NCBI GenBank assembly: GCA_047495785.1
Contig: JBLDXI010000041.1
Span: forward strand, 1-64,000
From: Lepidodermella squamata
Taxonomy: Eukaryota; Animalia; Gastrotricha
Length of the DNA: 64,000 nt
Direction: 5' to 3'
The notes beneath the pieces are model-generated. The model searched no databases and was not told the DNA's origin. It saw only the letters and a list, made by a program, of their open reading frames with translations. Below are positions 35,685-49,824 of this stretch, in pieces (position 1 is the stretch's first letter; each line of letters begins with the position of its first letter). The translations under genes and the position numbers were made by a program.

Positions 35685-35855
35685 CTCTTCCTCTCCCCTC
35701 TCTTTCTTCCATCTCTTTCTTCCCTATTCTTCCACTCTCTCTTCCCTTCTTCTTCTTCCACCTCTTCCAATTGCTCTTCCAATTCTGGAAGATTGGAAGA
35801 CAGATTGGAAGACAAAGAGGGAAGAATAGGGAAGAATAGAGGGAAGAGGAAGAAA
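35685..35855. repeat. Pyrimidine-tract/purine-tract imperfect fold-back
   Basis: TTCTTCCCTATTCTTCC versus GGAAGAATAGGGAAGAA, and CTTCCAAT x2 versus ATTGGAAG x2 around ~35785. Confidence 0.7.
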
Positions 35856-38800
35856 TCCTAATCAAGGAATCTTTATCTTGACACCTCTGAGATATGGCTA
35901 TGCGAATCTCCCGGCTGGCAAAGTAACCCCGTTTGACGGTATTTTCTAATGTCAAAACGGTAGATTTTTATGCTATGGCTTTCGAATGATGTTAGCCGCA
36001 CAATGACTTTTACGACAACCCGTATTTTATGAGTTGAAACACCATGAACCCTTGGAACTGCCTGTAAATTAAGTTCGAGTATGCATATTTTAACTTGGTC
36101 CTTTTTCGGACGGGGTAATTTCGGACATTAATAGGCTCTGAACGTGAGTTTCTCCTCAACCCTTGTGGATAGAAATACCGTTCAGAATGCAGAAGATAGC
36201 CCCGAAACATGAAAACGGATAAATTCTATACAAAGAATGGTCGAACTTCGTAGCCATGTCCCGCAGTTTAAAATTACTAAATTTTCACCATTGTTTTTAA
36301 TTTAAATGTATTTTTTCCTTATAAATCTGCTCACAAATTATATCTTGCTTTATAACGTGAACTTTGACCCTAATCTGAATATTCTATACTCTATACTAAG
36401 CTGTGCGAAACACCCCAGTTGCTTCCGAAATTAGCCTTATCAGTTAACCATGAATACCTGAGCAGGAGAGGGTATTTTTCACCGATTAACTCTAGGATGT
36501 GCAGTGTTTCAAGGTGCACCTCTTGGCGCAATGCACGTCATAAAAACCTTTCACCTCGAAAAACACATTTTCGTCCGAAATAAGACCAGGTTACAGTGAT
36601 CTCAGTTAAGAATGAAGCCGCATGACAGTGATTTCAATTTTGTTCGCCATGAAGTCATCCGTCACCGTCTGGTTGATACTAGTTCATCAAGTATGGTACA
36701 CCGATATGTAGTTGGAAAAGTCTTTAAACATCCGAATCAGTGGGATTTTATTTTCATGATTCTATTATACATCCGATACACACAAACACAAGTTTTTGAC
36801 AGCGAATGACAAAATAGTATTGTCACAAACGTTACGTTGTGCGTTTTCACTGTTTTCCATGACAATGACCCTGACATGACAATACGATGATTTCATTCAA
36901 AACCTCAATAAACTGGCTGTGCAACAGAGGCAGAGATACAGCTGCATTCGCACTGACTCTGCTTCGGCGCAGTTGCTTTTGACTAACGCACAAACAACGT
37001 GGATGAAAAACGTAACGTTGTCACAATGCTCGTCGCTAAGCGTGTGCAATGAGCTGAAGAAACGGCAAACATGATATTCGCATGGTGAGGAAATGCAGCG
37101 TCAAAAATTATGCCCTCGTTCGATTTGAACAAGCGTTTGCCTCGGTTAAAATCTTCGTGATACTTAAAAGCAGTTATAGCTTCCTCCACTTTCTCCAAGG
37201 CAAATTATGATCATTTTAGAACATACGCTGTCAAAACAAGTTACTCAGCGATGACAATAATGTGTGATAAGAATGCTACGATACTACTACAACGCAAAGA
37301 AGAAGCAATCAAGTAGGTAAAGTGAGGCGCTTTTTAAAGAACATGATCGTTTTATTTACACTTCTCACAAAAAACCTAACAAACGTATTCAAACACGAAG
37401 TGCTCCTAACCGCTTAGCGTTATCAATATAGAAGACCTTGATTTTGTTATATTTAGGTAGCAATCGTCGGCAATGATATTTGTTATAATGTTATTTCAAC
37501 GGCATAATAATCAGTCAACCTATATTAGAATTAGGTAAATTGAAATAAATGCACAGATTATGATTGAGTTATAACGTTTATTTCCGATGAAGATAAACTA
37601 GCGGTAGTACAGGATACAAATTTATAGTAGTGATTATAACGGTTAGAAATGTAATGACAATAATAATGATAATAATTTGTAACATGAGAGTGAGAGGAGA
37701 TAGAAATTGCTTGAGACGCGCGATCGCAATAATTGACGAAGATGGAGTTTCGTGATTCGGTCGTCATTATCATCAACCGAAAGCACAAGGAGCATTTATT
37801 CGAAGTGCTTCTTTCAAATTTTGTTGTTGTATTATGATAGGTGGTCAAATGAATAGGGAAGGCTCTGATAAAGAAATATCTATCGGTAGAATGAATTTCG
37901 AATTAGCATGAAGATTGCTCGTCATATCAAGTACTCAATAAAACGCGATTTAGAGTGAAAACTGCGCACGGTGATCGAGGCGAGACCCAGCATTGATTTT
38001 TGCATTAGTGGCTTAGAAACAGTGATAAAACCCAGAAAATTTACTAATAAATATAAGCAAGTAGTAATCGTAGAATCAACAGTAACAGAGGCACAATGCG
38101 GCTCTGATTGTACCAAGTAAAGGTTTAGTTGTGGTAGAAATTCTTGAAAAGCCGAAAAATTGCACAGCTTTCATACTGAAGATGAAGTCGACAGAAGATA
38201 CAAGGTATATTAAGAGGCATGAAACTAATTACATCAGAGTCTCATCAAGCTACGCGGTCAATTATATACAAACGCGATTTCACGGCCACTTCCATCCATC
38301 CGTCCATCTATCCAACCCGGCGATAGCTAAACAAGCAACGAAACGTCAAGAGACTAGATGACAGTGCTCATCTCAGGATTTCTACGCAAACTAACACGAG
38401 TCACCTGCCAACGAGGAGCTGGAACATTCAAATCGCAAAACACAACTGTTAAAAATCCACAGATATATGTATAGATAGAGACGATGAGACGCAAAATTGT
38501 AGCGACAACCACAATAATTCTAGCGTGGCTTCAGGCAAATAAGATTAGCACACAAGAGCGCAAGATCTGCCTAGATCGTGCCACCTTAACAGCAGCAGTT
38601 ATTGACCATTAGGCGATTGAATTACATCGAGATTTGATAACGCAGTGGGCCAATAGTACAAAATGCACATATTCAAGCTAGGTGTTTCGATATAAATGAC
38701 ATTAAGGGTGCTAATTGTTCAGAAGCTTCTGTATTACATGATTAGCAAGGTGCAGAATTATTATCAGTTAGGACATCAAAACCCAGAAAGCCAAATGCGC

Positions 38801-39154
38801 CACACGCCCCGGAGTCCGCCGGTCCGATAGATCAAATTTTGCACGTGGTCACGGCGATGAAACCTGGGTGAAACATTGGCACAGTAAGACGCCAGCTGTC
38901 CAGGTCGTACGGCGCACGTGCATTTCTAGCCAACAAACAGAGAATGAGAGAAGAAGAGAGCGAAAAGAGGAAGGCTTGAAATTATATGCTACTTCTGATA
39001 CACTTTTAACCGTCTTATCGGCTTCTAAAGATGTATAGGTAGGTAGATGATCACGGCAGAAGGCAGGCAGAAAACTGAGCGCAGGTGCAGTTCGATTCAA
39101 TTTGCTTGACGAATGTTGTTCCTGTTCAGGCAGGGCGAGATGGAGTCTGTTGTT

Positions 39155-42100
39155 TCAAGCGAAGTACATGACCTGGAGGGTGTCAGGATGCACTTGAATG
39201 AGGCGGTTCTGAGCACCAGAGTTGCGGTCGGAGCCGTTGTTCGATCCTGAGCCGTGGTGCGAGCCGTTCATGCTGTCGTGCTCCTTTTCTACAAGATGGT
39301 AGCGGGCACGGAAAGCGACCAGGTGCGCGTAGTAGGCTGGGGCAGGGATCGAGACGGAGCGCGTACAGCGTACGTAGGTGTGGCACAGTTGGTACGTCAG
39401 CAATTGGGCGTCATCCGATGAGAAGTGATTGTCGTCCCAAAGTACGTGGTAGTGACTAGGACGGCTTGTCCCCTATAACAAAACAAGATAGGTATATTTA
39501 GGTAAATCGACTGATTAATCAACAAAAATGACACTATATAATATTTGAGATGTACGCCAAGAAAAGCATCAATCTGAATATTAGCTCTTGTTTCTTGACA
39601 ACCAAGAGCGTACTTGTTTTTCCACAAACAACCCTGCCTTTACCCATTTGATTTGATTACCCACGAAACTATCTAGCACAAAGTAGACGAAATTTACCTG
39701 GATACCAGCATGCGAGCATAAGTAGAAGTCGAACTCGATTGGGTGGGTTATTCCAATGTCGACCGTGGTGCCGGCTGGGATGTTGCCGCTCTTGCCGGTT
39801 TGGTCCTTCTTATCGGCGCAGAAGAGGCGAGTGTGGTGGCGCTTTTGCACAGCAACGAATGTGATACCTGGGCGGTAGTCGGTCTCAAGACGCAAGCAGG
39901 CTTCGCGCAGAGAACGTAGCTCATGGTTAAGCACGTTCTGGAATTGACCTTCTGAGACACCGTCGCGATAGTAGACGATGCGCTCAGGCTTGAAGCCAGT
40001 GGAGCGGTAGAATTGCTTGAGTAGCTCGATCGACATCATGGTCAAGTCCTCGATATGCTCGGTGCGATGTGGCTGCACACGCACGGCCGAGGAATAGCGG
40101 CTCGGGTGTGCATCCATCGAGCCAACTAGCGCGGCAATCGAGGGCTTGGCCGTGTCGCCGGCCGGCGGGTGCGTCACGTCGGCGCCCAGGAATATAACCG
40201 GCTGTGCAAAGATGCGAGGCCGGATGTTTGGCACCAGGATAGAATTGATGCCACCCAATTTGACGTTGATTTTCAGACACAGGTTCGACAGCGTCTGCGC
40301 CGATGGTCGGATTACGTTGCGCTGCTGCACGCACTGAGTCGCCAAGCCGAAGCAGATGTCACCGACACGCTTCACCTCGGCGTAAACAGGCGTCTTACCC
40401 GGTAAAATGACCACAACCAACTGCAGGCCAGGGTATGTGTTCTTCAAGTACCGGAACATCGGTTCGACTTGGTCCGGGCCAGTAGCATACTTGCAGAAGC
40501 ATGGCTGGCCACTAATGGGCATTCCTGCGTCGTTCGAGATTTTTTGCAACTGACTCACAAATACCCTGAAATACAGCATGTCAATTATAAGATGTCAATT
40601 ATCAAAAAATTATGACTTACTTGATGCATTCATCGCGCACCTGACGTTGAGGAGCGAAGCACGCAATAGCCCACACGCGAATTTCGATACCATGGTAAAA
40701 CTGTTTTCCTCGCATGTCCCAGACGCCCTGATTGGGCACAGCTTGAGCACGGGTGCGACCGCCGTATTGCAGACGCGGCGGCGGAAGAATTCGACCTTTG
40801 AACTCCATCATTCGGTAGTCAACGCTGATGCCAAACTGCTGCAGATGCGGGTCGGCGTTGAAGTTGGCGCGTCGCACCAACTGGTTGATTTCACGCTCAC
40901 GATCAGGCGCCGATCGAGCCGTCGCCTTGATCATTGTCGAAGTTTGCGTATCAGTAAGCTTTTTCACGCAACGCTGACCACCAACAATGTTACACACTTC
41001 GAGCGGCAGGTAAGTATGGCGCTGCTCAAGGCCAACTTGTAGGCAGGGCAGGTTAGGGTACTGCAGCCGGATGTTGTACTTTTCTTGGAAGTACCTAGCG
41101 ACTGTGCATTCGAAAGTCTGGCCGTTTTCGACCATGAGCGGGAAAGTTTGAGTGTTGGCCGGGCGTCTTGTAACATTAGAGACACGGTATTTGCGACGGA
41201 TATTACCGCAATGAGTTATCTCGATTTTTAATCCTTTGATTTCTTTGGTAAACTTGACGCGTTGTGAGTCGGTAAGAGGTCGCTTGAGATCGTTCGGGTC
41301 GTTCATTTCCAGTACGTCTTGAAGGAACTGAATAACCGGCTGAGCGCGGTAAAACGCAGTCGCAGATACGTCGATGTTCAGCATCATTTTCCATTGAGAA
41401 GGGCGAATCGATTGATGAAAACCAAACCATACCTCACGCCCTCCCCCGAGTTGGCTGTCAGCTCCCTCTTCTGGAGGCGTGAAGAAAGATCGACCGACAG
41501 GAGTCCAACGTAAGCTTGGTAGGTGGCGCAAAATGACATCTAGTGCATTGACGGCTTCCATTGGCACCTGGGTGAGGCGACCCTCAAGGGCCTCGTCCAA
41601 AGAATAGAGATCAACGAGTGATAGCCATCGGATTGATACCCGAAACTTTCGGTCTTTGCCGCCATCTCCTGGCAGCGTCACTTCTAAATCAAGTTTATCT
41701 CGGCCGATCGATAGAGGATCACGAGTGTACAAATGCTTCTTGCCGTCAAACACAGGCTTTTGTCCAGTGAAAATACGGTGATTGGCGACCATGTTTTCAA
41801 CGATTTCGCGATTAACGCGACGAGGACATTTGTCGGGTTGAATTTGCACCTCGTAGTGGTTTATGATAATTTTGGGGATTCTGATTTGGAAGTGATTAGC
41901 GCGCAGTTGAATTATCTCACCAGCCGTGCCTTCGCTGGGACGTGGTGGCATGCTAAAATTCGTTAACGTCGTAGTTGGTGAAATATGCTGAGAGGAGCTG
42001 CCGTTGCCACCACTACCTCCCCCTGGCGTGGTCGGCATTGAGGGCATTCCAATGGTACCAGGACCAATGATGCCACCGCCGTTGCCACCAGAAGATGGGG

Positions 42101-42392
42101 GGCCTATCGGTTGAATAGGCATACCAGGTGGACCAGGAGTGGGAGGCTGACCACTGAACATTGGCAAGGGACCGCCAGGGGCTGATTGAACGTTCAGAGA
42201 TTGCGGATGAGGCGGAGGCTGCATCTGCGGAGTCATCATGGGAGGCATCATCATTCCAGGAGCACCAGATTCCATGAAGTAGTTTGGGAGCTGTTGACCA
42301 GGCGGGCCCAGCATTTGATTTTGATGTTGAGGCTGACCTACCGCAGGCGGGAAATTAAACCCAGGTTGGACACCTGGTTGCATAGGAAACAT
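39155..42392 (-). CDS. AGO: Argonaute, miRNA (AGO1/AGO2-like) clade, with intact DEDH tetrad
   Basis: [59 protein letters not shown] end. Three coding exons. Confidence 0.97.
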
Positions 42393-44896
42393 GTCTTTGC
42401 TCCCTCTGGGAATGAAATTACATACGTATCACAACTGTCTACATGAAAATCAACATTATGTTATACTTAGCAGTAACACGAATAAGATCTGGCTAGCTTT
42501 TAGCTTTTCGATAATAACTTTCAACGATTGACGAAGGAACAAAATGATGGTACAGGAGAAGAAGAAAGGTTGCTTTTAAATTCTCGATTGATAGAAGGGA
42601 GAAGGGATGTGAATAAACGATACAAAAGAACAAGATCGAGAAGACGCGAAATCCAGCCTTTCACTTCTTCTCTCCGTTGGGACTGACGCTTTGGACTTGC
42701 AGTTACTCCGACCTAGTACAAAATCGAAAATTGATCGAAGTATTCAGTGGTCTTTAGTAGTCTGGGATAATTTGGCTACCGGCCAAAACGAATGCCGATA
42801 TAGGTCAACGATATACCCATATACTTAATACTTATACTAAAAGATGTGCCATGAGAAATGGGACAATGGAGCTGTTCAGCGCCAATCGTCAGACGACTTC
42901 CTTTTGCAGTTTGCATGCGTTCGCTGAGCAACGACCGAGAAGCGACCCCTTTATCTGAAAATTTTTGCTTGTTGACACTTGATAATTTGTTTTTAAAAAT
43001 CTGCCACTAAACTAACAATGTGAGTTATAAACGAAATTTAAAACAGCAAATCAAAATGTTTGGTGTAGCAGGTTATTTTTTTTCTTTCCGACATTTTCAT
43101 CCAAGATTTTCTTACGCCGCTGCGCTGCGCTTGCAGCGTGGCGTAATGGGCAGGTCCCATTGTCTTGCGTTGTCTTGCGGAAAAAAGGAGTTTTATGTTT
43201 TATATAGAAAAGGTCTAGTAAGAGCCAGCGGCTAGAAAAGCCAGCGGCCAGCTTGAAATATCAGATCAAAAGAGTCAAGAGTTCGAGTAGAGCAGCGGTC
43301 AGATGTTCGTGGCATTGAGTAAGTCACCCAGCCCTAGCTAGACGATCAATGCATGCAGTCAGCGTGACGATGCGTTTTCAATGTGTTCACTGCATGACAC
43401 CAGCGAGTATCGGCGCGTTCGATCAGCTGTTTCCACTACTCAGTTTTACAAGCTCCCGCAAGCTCTCATCGGAATTCTTCATTCAGTTTTATTGTGCTCA
43501 GTTGCGTATCTCAATTTGTCTCTAGAGGTATGATTTATCTGCGCCGTCAAGCTAAAATATCTTAGTTTTGGTACAGACCACGTTGATGTCCTGCTGAATT
43601 GAATTGATAACTTCGAACTCGCACGAGCGCTGACATTTACGTAACCGCAGTGGCCATCTGTAATAATCGAATGAAAACTTTAACTCTAACTGTGAGTTAG
43701 CGAGTGCATTTTTTCTTCGTTTTAAAGAAGATACCAGTGAGTCAAAGCCAACACTCATTTAGCAAACGAGCAACTTGAGAGCACAGAGAACAAAACTTAT
43801 GTCTCTGTGCTTTTTATGGTGCCTTTCTGTGGTTGAGCTCAAATGCTCAGGTAAGGATCGTTCAACGCGGATAATGATGAATGATAAGCATCTACACTTC
43901 TGGGCTTATTGACGATTTTGAACTCCGAATTTCTCTCGGTTCTATCACTCTTCTAACGAAAAATATGCAAACTCAAAATCCAAATTGGAAGCACAATTGC
44001 GCTCGATATATTAATCTCCAAGGAATTCAGCCGGTAAATTTCTGAGAAGATCAAGAAGTTCAAGATAATTCAAGAGGAATAAAATTAACACAAACTATAA
44101 CTGGATTGTGGCTGATTGCTGATGTCAATATTATTCCATTTGCGAAGACCTCTCAGGGTAGCTTCATCTCTCAGCATTATGCTTCTGCTCTCTCTCTAGA
44201 TGCGTAAAGGCTAGATCTCGGAATGCGTACCCTTAGAGGAATTAGCTCTATCATATAAAAGCGTTCTTCTGATAATAGTTTTTTGAATACAAAACTAAAC
44301 AATTACTGATGATTAGGTATTGAATAGAGGTTAGCTATGTCGTAGAGAAGCTTTCTTCCGACATTACTTGCTCTTTATTAGATACGAAACTCACATGTCA
44401 TTATTGATCACTGATCACTGATCAGTTATTAATTTTAACTCAAAGATAACACAGCGTGATTATCATTGAGAAAAGAGTACATAATTCTGTAAATAAGTCT
44501 AGATGACTCCGGAGATTCCTCAAGGAGCAGCAATCCAGCAATAATAATAAAACGTGAGTTGGCATGAGTTCAGCGAAACATTAACTGTGTGCTCGAGGCA
44601 TTAGGGTATGTTTTCTATAAATCAGATGATCTGAAACCTATAATCATGTGTTCGGAGTTCGGATGTTGAACAACAATAAACAATGTAACCAATGTTGAAC
44701 ATTGTTCTCAACAACGGCAACCGTGCTTTTGACCTAGAAAAAGTGTGGGTGTTGAGAGTTGAGAGTGTGTCATCTGCGAATCATACGCACAAGAGAAGCG
44801 GGAATTGAAGTCTGCAATCACATTTCAATGGCATTATGCAGGCGTCGTGTGACAGCAATATATTTACTCTCAGTTGACCGAATGAAACGATGATCA

Positions 44897-46250
44897 GTGA
44901 AAATCAGAAGTCTTCCACACAGGACATTTGATCGACTACTATCGAACGGTGTGAATAAGTGTTACAGTGATAAAACACACCTCAGTGACGCGGCGTTCTG
45001 CTCTGATCATCGTATGCTGGTGCCTACTAATGTTGAATTGAAGGCGAGGGGGGGGGGGCATTGGAAAAGTATCCTATGTGAATCAGAAGCGCAATCAGAG
45101 TCATTTTAGCTATATGAAATCTCATTTGTTAACTGCAATGACGCAGGCTTCAGTGATTTTCAGTGAAATACTCAGCTGACTAAATCATTGAAAGACTTCC
45201 CACAATGTCGCGGTTTCGTTCGTCTAGCTCATTTTGAAACGGAAATTGTCTCAACCGTTCTTTGCACATCAGTTGTCAGTGTGATTATGCACCGCTCACT
45301 GATACCGATGGAGTGATGTTCTGAGCCTACCGTGCCAGTGGCGCTGTTAATACTCCACTGCTTCTCTTCTCACATTGTAACTGCGAGTGGGGTAGATCTC
45401 ACGCGGCTTTGTTGTTCTACCTCCTTTTTAAACAGAACCCTCCCTCAATAAGTTATTCTCGTGTGGCGCAGTTAATACTCCACTCCGCAAGGCTTCCTTT
45501 CAAACAGGACTGCGCGACAACCGTGTAACAATATGCTGCTCTCGTCGAAGTTTTCGCCTCGTCACTCTACACAAAATCTGTCGAAGAGGGTAAACCCAGC
45601 ACGAGCACTAAGACGTCTCTCCTCTAAATTAGGCGAGACCTAATTTGCATAAATTTGAATATTCATAGAAATAAAATTGATTAGAATAAGTATTCAAAAA
45701 AGTTAAAAAGATTTGCAAGAGATTAACAAGGAAATCGACGGAAGTCTGCCGCATTCTTCAAGGACAAACTCTCGTCTTCCGACTAACAGCAGTCCCCGGA
45801 GGAGTCCGGGGACCTGCCCATCCAGATCCAACGTCTAAGTTCTTTAACCGTGGTGTGGTGTCTTCCGTTACCGTTACTTTTTTTACTACGTTGAGTCTTG
45901 CTCCAAATCCAGCCATCGTTGAGACTTGGATGAATGGTGCTTTTCACCGAAGAGGAATCTTTATTTCATTGGCAATTTTCTGAAATGACGCCATGTTTGC
46001 GTTTCAAAAAGCTGGCTTGATTCACATGGTTTATCCGTTTATTCGAAAAATGCGCTGTTCTCAGTCTCGGTATGAAAACATTTCCCTTTCAGTTCAACAA
46101 AGTGAAAGATGTTGAGGTCAACGCGTTGTCCATTCAGTTAAAGGTCTCGGAATTATCGTTGATAAATCTCACGTTCTCTGAGCATTGCAATTTTTTGTCT
46201 TCACGTTGCCAACAAATAAATGGTGGGGTAGTAGTTTATGTGTTAAAACA
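44897..46250 (+). mobile_element. Scrambled APE-endonuclease LINE remnants (CR1/L2/Jockey-like)
   Basis: Isolated motifs ..DRLLSN..SDHRML (~45000), AIVETWMN (~45915), VNALSIQLKVSEL and GGVVVYV (46115-46245). Confidence 0.45.
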
Positions 46251-46946
46251 ATGATCCGACTGATACTAAGTAACAGTTTGCCTATAGACGCGGGTATTTA
46301 CATTTAACTAATTTTTTCTGTACAAATGATTATTTATGATTTTGCATGAGTCTTTTATCGTTGAAATGACGATGTCGCACATGAGTGACTGCGGTAGTTC
46401 GAGACGTTTTGCGAAGTCGCGGAAGAACTTGGTGATGGTACCACGGGCTCCAACGAAGAGACCGATTACTTCGAGGGAAGTTAGATTGTATCTTTCCTTG
46501 AAGTATTCTGCGCAAGGCTCGTAGTGTGCCCGTTTTTCTTTGTCGACTTCCAGGGCTTGATCCGGGCTTTTTTCGAAGCGGATGGTAGGGTCCAAGATCC
46601 ACCCTTCGCTCGTGTTTTTATTGAAGGCGATAATGTCGACCCTTTTGAGGCCGTCATTTTCTGCGAGGCAGGAAACTTCCTCGTAGACTTCAAGGGTCTT
46701 GTTCTTACGCAAGGAGTCTGCGATCATAGTTCGCACTCTATGATGGCGGGCGTTGCGAAGCAGAGCACCGCGGGGGCAGAAACCAAGGACATGTGAGAGG
46801 GATTCATACTCGCAGTCGCAGTGGCGGCAGCGGGGTCCATCAAGGCTTCTTCCAGGCAGTGCACGAACCGCACAGGTGTCCGTCGTCATTTTGATCGCCG
46901 TAGTCCATTCGTTGACTGAGAGACCGGACTTGTTACTGATCCACTT
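46245..46946 (-). mobile_element. 5'-truncated RLE-type (R2/NeSL group) non-LTR retrotransposon
   Basis: ORF 46308-46946 has a CCHC knuckle (CRHC..ESLSHVLGFC), RHHRV, RVDIIAF..ILDPTIRFE and EKRAHY, followed by a short 3' UTR. Confidence 0.88.
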
Positions 46947-46949
46947 ACC

Positions 46950-47215
46950 TATCCTATCCTATGCAAATCGTTCACATCGAAGTCTCAACGCCTAAAAGTG
47001 TACAAAACCTACAATCTGTACGCTGAGGCTCACTTCCATCTTCGTTTTTTGATGAGCAAGCTATCGTGCACCAAGCAGTCCCACCTGTTAAGACACTTCA
47101 AGTGTTTTTATTTCTTCATTTAACTGTAGATTCTAATTCTTGTTGTGTGTTTTCTTTGTAATAGCCTGATGATAGTCCGCGCAAGGACCGAAACATCGCT
47201 TTCAAATAAAGTTGT
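46950..47215 (+). mobile_element. Penelope-like 3' end/pLTR remnant with degenerate minimal hammerhead
   Basis: CTGATGA 47166-47172, stem GTCC/GGAC, CGAAACATC, AGC/GCT stem I, AATAAA 47205-47210 and an upstream T-rich tract. Weak GIY-YIG-tail-like peptides (ILSYANRS, KPTICT) lie further upstream. Confidence 0.55.
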
Positions 47216-49262
47216 TGCTAAAAGCAACCTGCGGTCGCTTTCTTGTTCGCTTAACCTTTATCCTACTCGGGTATTTATCTCATCACAGTATTCAGTTTAT
47301 TCAGTGTTTTTTTAAGCATGTTACACAAGTTACAATGTCACAACCAAAATCGAAGTAACGTCTGGAAAAGACTGCTATAACTTTATTTTTAGGAGGTTTC
47401 GGGGCCTTTTCCAGTGGAAAATCCTCAACACTTCCTCGCTCCGCTCGTATTAATGGTAAAAATTACGTGGAATTTTCACCGATGCAGGACAAAAATGTTC
47501 GTTTTCGGTAACTACCAAAAAATCGTTTGTAACAACCAATCGTTTGCTTAAAAAAAACCCGGGTTTATTCCTATTTTTTGCAAGGGAATTCTCTTGGTGA
47601 ACTTCCACAATCCACACTCTTTCCATATCAAGCAGTTATCGAATTTAGCTTGGTTGATTAACGGGTTTGTGCGCATCGAATTCGCCTCACTTTTTTGGTT
47701 ACCCTGTACTATAATGCATGATAACAGAAAAGGTTTCTTGCTTCTGTTAACAATTTGCCTCAATTATTTTTTTATTCAGAAATGACAAGAATTGCCAAAA
47801 TATATCTCCCTCAGGCCATACGACGTGCTATACCTCATATGCGTAGGAAGTAAAAGGATTGAAATTATTTGCTAGACTAAAAAGAGATACGATAGATTGG
47901 ACAAACAACTGCTGCAGACGGATTTCCCCTTAGGATATGTCGCTCTTCATCCCATGCTTCATCCTTATCAAAAATCAAATGAAACGAGTGAACGAATGTT
48001 ACGCACGATTACGCATGAGAAGGCAGCCAAATAGCTAAGTATCGATTTTCGAATTCTAAGATATACGGGAATCATTCCTACATTGTCACGTGAATAATAC
48101 AATATTATTTTCCACCCACTCCCGGTAAGGGTAATGCAGTTATTTCAGCTACTTACACATGATCATCGTTCTTCATGCCCATTCAATCTCACGACGCATG
48201 ATACACATTTCAATCATGCATGCCTCACGTTTGGGGTTGGCTTGAAGCAATGCCATTTCATTTCCCATCGGCAATCTGCTCAGTGATGAACTTGTTATTC
48301 ATTCAAGTTGAAATTTTTAATCGGGAAATAATTGCTGTTGAAAAATATATATGTCTCTGGTGATCATTTATACATCCTCAAGGGGAGCACCTACGTTATT
48401 TATTTGACTCTCTGAGCGATAGATACAGTTCATCAATGAAACGCGTCGTTTATTTTGTAGGTTGATTCAAACCCGCGTCGAAATGCCCTTCCACTTTAAG
48501 TGAAATAAGTTTTCATGCGCAGGTGTAATGCATTTCCGTAGAGGAGACCAAGCATCAAACTAGCCGATGCCATTAGGACAGCCGAAATTCGCGCTTTCGT
48601 GCTTGCCTCTTCCGCTCAACTCGCATCCGTCTAAATTTTAGATGAGGAGCATGAATTCGTGACTTGGCGGCTATTCCGCGGCAAGAAAGCATGAACACGT
48701 CGAGACAGACTTATATACCCCTGCCTTGTTTCCATCGCGTCATTAATGTTTTTCTCTTTTTCTACTCATCTTCAATCTGGCTGAGTACAGAGCGTTAGTG
48801 CTTAAGTTTCAGCCAGTTGTGGGTGAGCGCAAACGCGCTTTCCAAATGCCACTCTCGGTGATGTTTGAGCAAATTTGGCGCCATGTTATTGGCACAGGCA
48901 TAATCGATAGACATGAGTGGTACTCATTAGAACTGTATTGCTCACAACTTGGCATCGCAACCCTCGACGAAACCTTCGCGCGATGAATTTGGCAAATATT
49001 GGGCGTATATTATTCTGATTAAGTCTTATTCCCATTGGGTTAGCTCGATGAAAATAATTATGCGCCTCACGCTTCATGTGGGCGATAGGTTTGCCCGTGA
49101 AGTTTATTCCACACCTACGGTCTCTTCAGAATCCTCGTCTCAAATTCGCTGCGAGCCAGTTAGAAACCTAACGGACTAGCATAAGATTTAAGTACGCCTG
49201 ACACGGCCATTTTTCGATTGATAAGTTTGCCTAACACAGGCTTTTTCTTTGCCAAACGCTAT

Positions 49263-49520
49263 ATGAAAATCCCTGTGGCACCAAGTATGACCCAAATAGC
49301 CATGGTTATCGTCTTTGCGATTGCCATTCAGCTAGCCAGCTCGCTACCGACTAACAGCGGCGATGAGCGAATTGAAATGTGGAAAGTTTTTCAGCACGCA
49401 GAGCACGAACGCGAACTGGCTCGAGACCTGCAAAGCCTCATGGGAGCAGCCGAGTCGAGAAACGCTGCGAGCCAGAAGCGAACTTGGGATGCTGAGGCAA
49501 ACTTCGGTTGGGGAAAATAA
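49263..49520 (+). CDS. Neuropeptide precursor, predicted product TWDAEANFGW-amide
   Basis: Hydrophobic signal-like N-terminus, spacer, KR site and C-terminal GK* amidation signal. The start may instead be the downstream Met at 49287. Confidence 0.85.
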   Translation: MKIPVAPSMTQIAMVIVFAIAIQLASSLPTNSGDERIEMWKVFQHAEHERELARDLQSLMGAAESRNAASQKRTWDAEANFGWGK

Positions 49521-49824
49521 TACAACCTAGAAACCCACCCACCCCTGCTTAAAATTCAGCGCGCAATCAAAAACATTTTATAACATATCGCAACATGAAA
49601 ATAAATATGTAACTATAGTAACTATTTTGCTGTAATTGTAATCGGGCTAATGCTTCTTGTCAGAACTGGTGTTGTCTGTTACTATTAAAAACACTGTCAT
49701 CATCATCATCATCATCTTTTCGATTCTTAATTTCGATTAAATTCAGAATTCAGCTTTGAGATGTTTATTTGAATTTTTATGCACCTCTAGCTATTAAAGA
49801 AAACTATTCTATTTGACAAGCATC

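Noticed and set aside
39473-39697. Possible H/ACA snoRNA in the last AGO intron
   Set aside because: The hairpins are mutually exclusive and there is no convincing pseudouridylation pocket.
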